A DNA stretch of 63,704 bases, counting the filler, from Globobulimina sp. (taxonomy: Eukaryota): NCBI GenBank assembly GCA_003354225.1. It is 18 parts of 18 records of this genome, joined end to end, with 100 filler letters (N's around TTAATTAATTAA, not from the genome) between each part and the next. Parts side by side here need not be neighbours in the genome. Positions count along the whole stretch, not along the records: positions 10,641 to 14,086 come from PIVH01002769.1; positions 14,187 to 17,632 come from PIVH01002770.1; positions 17,733 to 21,178 come from PIVH01002771.1; positions 21,279 to 24,723 come from PIVH01002772.1; 14 more parts are not named here. One strand, given 5' to 3'. Below the pieces are notes generated by a model. It saw nothing but the letters and a program-made list of their open reading frames with translations. It was not told where the DNA came from and ran no database searches. Below are positions 12,321-21,557 of this stretch, one piece after another (position 1 is the stretch's first letter; every line of letters begins with the position of its first letter). Position numbers and translations under genes: made by a program.

Positions 12321-13886
12321 ATGGAATCATTGAGAAACGCTATAGTTGCGGAGCACAATAAATTAATTCAACAATTAGAAACGAAATATTTGCAATATTT
12401 GAGTGATTTATTAAAACAAAAATCATTGATTCATCAAAAAATCCAAAGAAATATGTATCACAAATTATTTCACATTAATAAAATAGCTCAGTCCCAATCA
12501 AAACCAAATTATGTAACTCCAATGGATATAAATATAGCAACAGACTGCAAAATCGATAAGTTACCACCTCCGTCACTTATTAGTGCTGAACTAAATATTA
12601 ACAATGATGATCATAAATTACATTGCCCAAAATGTGTTTATCACAGCAACATTTTAGCAAAGATGTGTGATTATATTCGAATACAACATCCTAATTTACA
12701 TAAAGAATTTATTCAAAATAAATTGTTTAAAAATTATGTTCAAAATCATCAATGTGATCAGAAACGTTTCCCAATTTCTTCTGCTGCTCCATCAAAATTA
12801 TGGCAATGTACCCGCTGTACTCAACAATTTGGATCTAAAGAAATGCTTTCTTTCCATATCAAAACCCATTCAATTAAAGATTTCCAAGATTTTGCATTAA
12901 CTTTCCAAGATAAAAACACATCACATCCATTTGATGAGAATCAAGAAACGAAAAACGATATTAAGCAATCATCGATATCAGAGACTATAATTAAAATACG
13001 ATTGCCATCGCTAAATGATACAAACAATCCTATGATGTCAATTAAAAACAATGAAAGCAAAGCAGAATTATTGAAAAATGACGGCAATAAATTAGTATCA
13101 GAAAGGAAATATAAAGAAGCAATTATAAAATATACAGCGGCCATTAATTTAAATGGAAGGAAAGCAGTGTATTTTTCAAACCGTGCCGCAGCGTACGCAA
13201 AGCTAAAAAATCATGCTCAAGTTGTGATTGATTCGTATGTTTTGTTCTTGTTTGTTATGTTATATAATAAATGTACATTATTTGTAAATTATAATTTAAT
13301 ATCAATTTACAGTCGCAAAGCGGTGGAGCTTGATCCAAATTATATTAAAGCATATGTTCGTGAGGGATTGGCTGAATATGAAATGAAAAACTACGAAAAA
13401 GCATATGCTGCATATTCCAAAGGTTTAAGCAAAATAATATTAGGAACACAAAATCAGAAAATGCGGCAACAAATCGCACAAAAAATGGAATTATGCCAAA
13501 TGAAAATGAATACAAAAAACGAGATTGATCACTCTGATTATCTTGATTTTATATTTAAATGTAAACATTGTACATTTGAAACAAAATGGAAACAAAATCT
13601 TATCCGGCATAAAAATGTTCATTTAAGTTTTGTAATTTTCTTTGGACATTTCAATTTTTTTTGTTCTAAGCAGTTATTTCATTTTTAAGGAGAAAACGAG
13701 TTTAAATGTGCTGTTTGCGGCAAAATATTTCTCCAGAAATCCGATTTGTCGGTGCATACAAGAATTCATAGAGGAGAGAAACAATATGAATGCAATATAT
13801 GTTTGAAAAGATTTCCTGCGTCTTCAAATTTAAAAACCCACAGAAAAAATAAGCACGGATATCTTTCTGCCTCTGCTTTTTTTTAA
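12321..13886 (+). CDS. C2H2 zinc-finger protein with internal TPR block; introns 13235-13312 and 13627-13689
   Basis: Several CxxC..H..H fingers including HRGEKQYEC. SGT/STI1-like TPRs (AELLKNDGN...YFSNRAAAY...DPNYIKAYVREG). Splicing restores the frame. Confidence 0.85.
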
Positions 13887-14186
13887 TTCTATTATTATTC
13901 AGTTGTTGCCTTAAATTATGACTTCTGATGGAAAATGTAACCTCTTTCTTTGAATATTTTTTTTTTTGCCATTTACATTATTGCCAATACATTTGACTTT
14001 TTAGGCTTAAACTTCTAAACACTTCTTTTGTGATTGGCAAGGTTTTTGGGTTAGCTAGAGTGGTTTTCAACTTTGAATACTAGGATNNNNNNNNNNNNNN
14101 NNNNNNNNNNNNNNNNNNNNNNNNNNNNNNTTAATTAATTAANNNNNNNNNNNNNNNNNNNNNNNNNNNNNNNNNNNNNNNNNNNN

Positions 14187-14341
14187 TACATCAACGCTTT
14201 CAACACTCTTTGAACTGATTTGCATTCATTTACTACGCAGTTCTTACTGTCATTTATCTCTGTGTTTAAAAAAAAATTGAAATCAATGCTTGGTTTGGCT
14301 GTGTTGCTACTGTTATCATCATTTGTTTGCTGATTCTCCAT
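14187..14341 (-). CDS. N-terminus of an uncharacterised protein (C..C.SVQRVLKAL motif), truncated
   Basis: ATG-started ORF running into the spacer; motif resembles the 39003-39381 gene. Confidence 0.5.
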
Positions 14342-14463
14342 TACGAATTAATTAGTGGTTGAACGAAATGATACAAAGTGCGAGTTCATGCACAAAAAAA
14401 AAAGAATTTGTAGCCAGTGATGTTTTATTTTTGTAGTGACGATTTTAACACTGACATTAATAA

Positions 14464-15600
14464 ATGCTAACCAATTTATCAAAGTACTTCTGGAGGTATA
14501 GCATTTTAGTTGTATTAATAACAATGATCCTGCTATTCCAGCTCGTTTCATTCATAATATATGACACGAAAATGTCATTGATATCCGAATTGAAACACAA
14601 AGTATCAAATATATCCCAAGCAACTACTTTTTCGCAGTCAGCACAAAGTATCAATATCTCAAATATATCCCAAGCACAAAGTGTATCATCTGGCAATGCA
14701 ATGGATTTATGGAAGAATTATTTTGAAACAGGATCTAAATTCCAAGTATGGAGCAGTTCAAATTGCAATTATATGCATTACGTGACATTCAAAACGGGAT
14801 CGATGACAACCCGTAAAATGTTAAAGTCAATCAAAGGCTGTAAAATCGCACTATGTTTCCGTTCTGCGACAGGACGAAGTGTCTCAAATAAACGAGTTCC
14901 AGTCTGTGGCGCAGAGACAATACAAAAAATGCAAAACAATGATATAAAGCACTTGATATTTATCAGAAATCCAATATTTCGCTTTGTGTCATTGTATAAT
15001 TTTTTATATAAGAAGGAAATTAGCGGTTTGCCTGGATTTAATTCATCGGCTGGTCCTTTACAGCAAATGTCACTATTTTTTGATTTTGTGTATGCGCATT
15101 TGGATAATTCGTGGAATCGCAGCGCTCCACATTTACATTATATATTCTCGCATATTCAGCCGTGTACATTGTACATTTGCACTAAATATAAGAACCAGAC
15201 ACAATGCGCGAATCCATCATTTGTTGGCAAAGTAGAAACATTAAAGTATGAAATGATTAACCTTCACAAAACAAATTATTTTGAGCACAAATGGAATTTA
15301 AACAGTATTCTTTCGTTAAAACACCAAACAAAGAATCATTTTATTGATTTGTCCGATATTTATAACAACACTCGATATTTACTGCAAATATGCAAGTTAT
15401 ATTGGAATGATTTTTGTTGCGGAAACTATGAAATTCCAAAACAATGTAAAGCAGAAAATAAAAATATTTGGCATTTTGATATGCAGTGCAAAGATATGAA
15501 TGGACAGAATGTAAAATGGAATATTCATCAATACAATGACAGTGAGTTAGGATCATTGGATAAATATTCACAAAACCATAAGCTTCAGCTTCTGAGATAA
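14464..15600 (+). CDS. Golgi-type (type II membrane) carbohydrate sulfotransferase
   Basis: N-terminal TM helix; KTGSMT (5'-PSB), FIRNPIFRFVSLY (3'-PB), FVGKVETL. Confidence 0.85.
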   Translation: MLTNLSKYFWRYSILVVLITMILLFQLVSFIIYDTKMSLISELKHKVSNISQATTFSQSAQSINISNISQAQSVSSGNAMDLWKNYFETGSKFQVWSSSNCNYMHYVTFKTGSMTTRKMLKSIKGCKIALCFRSATGRSVSNKRVPVCGAETIQKMQNNDIKHLIFIRNPIFRFVSLYNFLYKKEISGLPGFNSSAGPLQQMSLFFDFVYAHLDNSWNRSAPHLHYIFSHIQPCTLYICTKYKNQTQCANPSFVGKVETLKYEMINLHKTNYFEHKWNLNSILSLKHQTKNHFIDLSDIYNNTRYLLQICKLYWNDFCCGNYEIPKQCKAENKNIWHFDMQCKDMNGQNVKWNIHQYNDSELGSLDKYSQNHKLQLLR

Positions 15601-16071
15601 ACCTCAATTATAACATTTATCCAATCATATTCGTGATAGTACGCTGTGACTATCAGGAAATGGATTATATTTAATGTTTGTTATGTATTATATCCTTGCA
15701 CTTTCGTTTCGTTTTTATCGGATTGAGATCGTTTTAGTATTACTTCGTTACAATCTTAAAATCACTGTTATCACCTCACAAACTACAAATTAATTTTTAG
15801 TTTTCTTGCCAGTCTCGTCATCGTTTTGATATTATGTGATGTAGGAAAATATTTCTGAACATTTGTCGTTTGTGTCACGGTGATTTTAAGATTTTCACGA
15901 AGTAAGCTAGTCATCGTAATGTCACTATTTTTCTTGAAAAAAAGTGAGTAAACAAGTTCGAAGCAAAACCGTCACATTCTGCTATGTTAAAATATTGCTT
16001 CATATATTTTACATCTGTGAACTAATTTACCTAAATCTGAGACACAAATCCAAACAAAAAACTAGTTACAT

Positions 16072-17181
16072 TTAATTTTTAACATGCTCCCATTTACAAC
16101 CTTGTCCTTTGTTACAGCCAGCAAATGAATTAAATTCCCAACACACATTGAATGAATCACTGGTTGTTGTACATGTTTCCTTTGCTAACAATTCATGTTT
16201 CCACTTACAACTTTCTCCTATCATGCATCCGCCGGATGTATTATACTCCCAACACACATCAAAAGCATCCACACCCACCGACTTAACACCAGCCACACTT
16301 TCTTCCTCTACAACACCTTTATTATTCTGCGCAGTCGCACCCATTGTATTGATCTGAATATTTACTGAATTCGCAGCGGGCATCGATACAGCTCCTGCTC
16401 CGGCTGTATAATTATAATGCTGTCCAGCATAAACTGCTGCTTTCTCCGCCATATTGTCAATATTTAATGCATCTGAATGTGAGCTCGACAGATTGTGATA
16501 GCTTTGTAACCGTTTCTGTTGCCTTTCATATTCAGCTGCCACGGACCGCTGTGCTTTCAGAGTAGCAGCCTCCGCCTCAACCCGCAGGGTCTTGGGAGTA
16601 TGTCGGTGCACACCCAATGCCAATGGAGTCGGAGCAGTGCGGGTCGCAGTATGTGTAGCAGCAGCGGAGCCTGCTGAGGATCCAAAGGCGTACAACTGCT
16701 GCTTTTTGCGCTGTGCTCTCAGTATCTGTTGCTCGACGTGCATATGTTGTAATTGCTGCTGTACTTTTTCGGATTGATTGTTATGCGATTTTTTGCCATG
16801 TATAACATTTTGCGGTTTAGCTTGATTTGAATGTGCCACTGCCACATCATTCTGTTGCTGTATATTTTGGTCGGTTTGCTTTGAAAATGTATGGCCAATT
16901 TTCTTTTGTTGGTAGTTATAAATGGTTCGAAAGGCACGATCCATCATAAACTGCTCGAGCTCCATAGACGCGATTTTCTCGTCTTGTTTGTTTTCGTTTT
17001 TGTCCGCTTGATTCGCCACAGACAGTGACAGTGCCACATCATCAAAGTGCGGCAAATTAAGCGTTGTGCCGAGATCATGCACGTGTACATATGCATGCTT
17101 TTCTTTTTTTTTATGTTTGTGTTTTTTTTTTACAGTTTTTGTTGGTGTTTTATATGCTTTATTTTGAGTATTAACCACCAT
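16072..17181 (-). CDS. Low-complexity protein with two C-terminal CCCH zinc fingers (terminal exon; upstream exon unresolved)
   Basis: CWEYNTSGGCMIGESCKWKH and CWEFNSFAGCNKGQGCKWEH fit C-x8-C-x5-C-x3-H; TTTAG acceptor immediately before 17181. Confidence 0.8.
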   Translation of the reverse strand: MVVNTQNKAYKTPTKTVKKKHKHKKKEKHAYVHVHDLGTTLNLPHFDDVALSLSVANQADKNENKQDEKIASMELEQFMMDRAFRTIYNYQQKKIGHTFSKQTDQNIQQQNDVAVAHSNQAKPQNVIHGKKSHNNQSEKVQQQLQHMHVEQQILRAQRKKQQLYAFGSSAGSAAATHTATRTAPTPLALGVHRHTPKTLRVEAEAATLKAQRSVAAEYERQQKRLQSYHNLSSSHSDALNIDNMAEKAAVYAGQHYNYTAGAGAVSMPAANSVNIQINTMGATAQNNKGVVEEESVAGVKSVGVDAFDVCWEYNTSGGCMIGESCKWKHELLAKETCTTTSDSFNVCWEFNSFAGCNKGQGCKWEHVKN

Positions 17182-17732
17182 CTAAACACACAATTAATTT
17201 CGTGTTTGCTTTGTGGGATATAATGATATTCAAAATGACGTAACTTGTGGTGAGGTTTGCTGTTTTTCAGTGGCAGTTTGCCAGATTTGTCGAACATATT
17301 TCTCGCTGTCTGCCGCTTGCTTGTGTGGTGACGTTGAGGTTTGGGTTACATTTCTTCTCTTTGCTTGATTTATTCTTTTTTTTGGGTGGGAATAGTTGGA
17401 ATAAGCAACGTGATCAAATGCTTGTTGACTGCGACGAAGTGAATATGCGGATGGTGGACGCGAACGGTTTGTATTAGTATACGACCATTGTTCGGATCCG
17501 TTTGCATTTGCTTGATATGATGACGTACGGTCAGTGTTTTTAGAGCGTTTATACGTGCGATTTGCCCCTTGATTGTATGAGGTCCGGTTTGCAGTTTGTT
17601 TGTATGATGATGGAGGGGTTGGACGTTGATTANNNNNNNNNNNNNNNNNNNNNNNNNNNNNNNNNNNNNNNNNNNNTTAATTAATTAANNNNNNNNNNNN
17701 NNNNNNNNNNNNNNNNNNNNNNNNNNNNNNNN

Positions 17733-17885
17733 CATAGTAACATCAGGGTAATAACGTTTGACATATCGATATAACACATGGGGAGTGGAGAAACTGGCGG
17801 ATTTCGAAATATCATAATACACAGTTTTCAAAAATGACTCTAGTTCTGCCTTTCTTTCTTGGGATAGAGCAGGTTTTTTTGGCAT
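17733..17885 (-). CDS. N-terminus of Maverick/Polinton retroviral-type integrase, truncated
   Basis: LKTVYYDISKSASFSTPHVLYRYVK resembles the L..IYYD...P.SF.....LY...K start of Maverick integrases. Confidence 0.65.
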
Positions 17886-18014
17886 GATTTTTCAAGTATT
17901 GTAATACAACAATGATATACTTTTTGTCATGTATTTCGAAAGAATTAAGAAATCATTTTTATCATCACATGACAAATCACCCAAAAAAATCAATTTAGAA
18001 TAAAAAAGTAATAT

Positions 18015-18383
18015 TCAAGAATCGCTTGAGTCATCATCTTCGAATTTTCCAACTTTGTCAAATGCATTCATGACAAATGGTTTCCTTCTTTTCTCTTGGC
18101 TGACTTCAACAGTTCCTGTCACTTCTGTGCTAGACTCGTCTTCATGTTGGGATCTAACAATCAACTTGTTCTGATCTGTGATTTTGTTAGCGATGAATTC
18201 GAACAGTTCAACTTCAGTAACACCTTTGCCAAATTTGATGCGAATCTATAAATTCATAATTATATAAATGAGCAAAGAATAAAAAAAGTAAAGCAGTACA
18301 TGAGGTGATTCATTTTTTTGAATTTCAGGCAATGAACGATCTGTGACAAATGGAGGTCTACCAGGAAAGCAACCGCGAGACAT
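18015..18383 (-). CDS. Small spliced hypothetical protein (intron 18246-18299)
   Basis: A phase-0 GT..AG intron joins MSRGCFPG..SPH to IRIKFGKG..DDDSSDS-stop. Confidence 0.55.
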
Positions 18384-18601
18384 GATTAATATCGAATAAC
18401 AAACAATATAATGTATTCGCACAACCAACAATATACATTCACCTGAGAAGAGAAGAGAAGCAAAGCACGCCTGATAAGGTCATGTGACCTGATGATTAAT
18501 ATAGTCAACATAGTGACAATGCATCGGCGTCAAACTTCAACTGCAACCCAAGCCGTCTTATCAGTTTACTGCTTTGTTTGCATGTGGTATATTCTTTCAT
18601 C

Positions 18602-19144
18602 ATGGATTACGATTTCGAATCTAATACTAAACAATTTTTGAATTTTTTGAAATTCATGGGTAAATTGTCCAAATTGGAACAACGATCCTTCATCGACAAT
18701 GCCACCAACAAACATGTGAATATGTTGGTCAGCTTCATTCGACTCTGTAGCACTGGAAAGGTTTTATGTCGAGATCAGAAACTTTTCCAACAGTTGGCTA
18801 GTCAAAGTGAAATTTTCTTCAATCTCAAAGAGGCAAAGAAATCTAAATGTAAAACCCCCGAAAAAGTGCTCAAATTCAAAGAAATACTCCATGATAAACA
18901 TTCGCTCCTCAACCTTCTTGCTCCCTATCTCGATCAAGCTCTGGTCGAATATGATGCTAACGGTCAAACTGGTATCAATCCAATAATTTTGTTGCCTAAA
19001 ATGTTTGCAAAAAAGAGAAATCGCAAATCTACCATATACAAGGAGAAAAAAGCATACTCAGAAAATCAGAACAATAACAGTGAAATTCAAAAGAATACAG
19101 AAGAGCCAAACTGCTCCAGTTTGATAACCATCAAAACAGAATAA
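18602..19144 (+). CDS. Maverick/Polinton-type small conserved helical protein
   Basis: FLKFMGKLSKLEQRSFIDNATNKHV...G.V....L.....F..L...K..L....LL.LLAPYL pattern; lies beside the integrase fragment. Confidence 0.5.
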   Translation: MDYDFESNTKQFLNFLKFMGKLSKLEQRSFIDNATNKHVNMLVSFIRLCSTGKVLCRDQKLFQQLASQSEIFFNLKEAKKSKCKTPEKVLKFKEILHDKHSLLNLLAPYLDQALVEYDANGQTGINPIILLPKMFAKKRNRKSTIYKEKKAYSENQNNNSEIQKNTEEPNCSSLITIKTE

Positions 19145-19186
19145 TTATTATATGTCATGTTTTTTATATCCATCATCACTACTGTA

Positions 19187-19463
19187 AATTTTCGATATTT
19201 AAATTTTATTTTACTCGCATAAAATTCGGGAATTCATAAGCTGTCGTTTGGTATATTTATCGATTTTTAACATAAATAAATCGAAATGTCGAAAATTAAT
19301 AATTAATTTTCGATATTTAAATTTTATTTTACCCGCATAAAATTGGGGAATTCATAAACTGTCGTTTGGTATATATATCGATGTGTAACATAAATAATTC
19401 AAAAAGTCGAAAATTAATAATTAATTTTCGATATTTAAAATTTATTTCATCCGCATAAAATTC
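19187..19463. repeat. ~2.3 tandem copies of a 118-bp unit with 25-bp palindromes
   Basis: TTTTCGATATTT recurs at 118-bp spacing; TCGAAAATTAAT-A-ATTAATTTTCGA at 19289-19313 and 19407-19431. Confidence 0.95.
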
Positions 19464-19679
19464 AGAGACAGAAAGAAATCGAACAGGACAAGATAATGGT
19501 ATGTAGGTAAATTAATTTCATTTTCATAAATAAAACTTATTATTTTGTTTTCAATGTAATATCGTTCGATTTTTTATTATATATCATTACCCCATAAAAT
19601 TAAACTACAGATTCTCAAAGGTCAATCATTGTAGGTTAAGTAGGTATAGGAAAAATCAATCACTTTCTTCAAAACAATC

Positions 19680-20281
19680 TTAACTTTCGGCAGACCAATT
19701 TATACCACAATCCAAAGAATAGTCCCGACTGTCGATGGAAGCATGATTACTGCAGTAATTTTGAAATTTCTCATATGGTCCAAAACCATCAAATTTCGTA
19801 CTGTCACGATCGTGAAATGACAATGGTGTCGAAGTGCGCTGGATGGCACATTTTTCCTCTGTTTCTAATTCCATCTGTAGAGAGGATGAATGATCCATCT
19901 GTTCATGACCTCCTTCACTGGGAAAACTAATTTTCAAGGATCTCAAAGCACCTTGGATCTTAATAGTACAATTCTTGTGCAATATCACTGCATTTATCTA
20001 AAAATACTACACCAGTTTTCAGACTATTGAAAGTTGTATACATAAGAACCAACTCGATCCAAGCACATACAAAAATTTTTTGTACTCGACAAGATGATAT
20101 CATGTACATGATATATACTGTACAGTTATAGTATACAACCGTACCTATATATATGTACCTTAGTCGGCTCCTGTTCCTTGACTTGGTTAACACTAGTTCT
20201 GGTATTGCCTCTTTGAGTCATCCTTTCAAAACCAGCAGCAGCACCAGCAGGCCTTTTCGACCGTTGTTGAGCAGCCATCAT
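19680..20281 (-). CDS. Small spliced hypothetical protein (intron 19998-20158)
   Basis: AAG|GTACAT..TTTTAG joins the 20126-20308 and 19680-19988 ORFs in phase 0. Confidence 0.55.
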
Positions 20282-20420
20282 CGTTTCGAAAATAGCAAAA
20301 GTGTACAAATATTTGATTGGAAGTGAACAAACGTTTTCTCACAAATTTTTTGAATCTTATATTTTGAAAGATAAGATAAGAAAGCGTCAGTTTTTTATGA
20401 TGACAACCTTTGTTGTGTTC

Positions 20421-20423
<3 letters not shown>

Positions 20424-20453
<30 letters not shown>
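20424..20453. repeat. (GT)15 microsatellite
   Basis: Read directly from the sequence. Confidence 0.97.
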
Positions 20454-20454
<1 letters not shown>

Positions 20455-21557
20455 CATCTAAAATGGAAATCGATCTCCAAGATTGCACAATACTTATGTA
20501 AGTGATGTGTGTATCGAATTTGGGGGGGAACTTAATGTCACATCTGTAATAATTGCAGCGGTGTTTTATATTTGGTTTATATGAAGTATTTATATCCACC
20601 TCGATAAAATATGGATCATTATTCTAGCTTTGATTTATCCCCTGAAAAGTCCCTTCTTCAAAAAATTGCAGTCGAAAACATATAGCCGACATCAACTATT
20701 TTAAAAATGGCGCTCTTGCAAGCTGGACAGAAATTATTATCGGTCGTGAAATGCAAACAAACTTTAGTTTTTGAATAATGTTATCAGATATGTACATACT
20801 AACATAGACATAAAAGTTAAGTTGCTGACTGTTATTTCTTTCTCTCTCTTCCAGAGCCATTATCGTCGTTTTTCTCTATAAACTACTGTTGTCCGGATAC
20901 TAAGAATTCGAATCGCGTATTGTGTATGGGTAGGTATCTATTTTTCTACCCTATCGGATATCGGGTACGGGTAGGTATTGCCAAAAATAGCGGGTATGGG
21001 TATGGGTATTGGGTATTTTTCGAAAAGATTTGTCGCACAGCTAAAAAATCGTATTTTACATATTGAAAATACAAGATTTGTGTATATTATTGTGATCAAT
21101 TCACTCAGTTTTATTAATAGAACTTATATTTCAATTTCAAAACAATGCTACTTGATGGCAAGATGTGATGGAAAACTCNNNNNNNNNNNNNNNNNNNNNN
21201 NNNNNNNNNNNNNNNNNNNNNNTTAATTAATTAANNNNNNNNNNNNNNNNNNNNNNNNNNNNNNNNNNNNNNNNNNNNTATCTTTTTCAAGTCATACACA
21301 GGCAAATATCCTTACCATTGTTTATTGAGCTCATTTGAGTGATTTTGACAGAGGCGAAACCATGAAATGATGACCAAAAACAATGGAGAAAATGCATGCA
21401 ATCAATGCTACAAATATATCCATCCAAATTATACTCCAAAATACCATTGATTGCGTTCATTTTTTCATTAGATTTTTCCTCAAGTTATTCGCAAATAACC
21501 TATTTACGAATTTATTAGAATTCAGAATCGAAATTGTATACCAAACTACCAAACACA

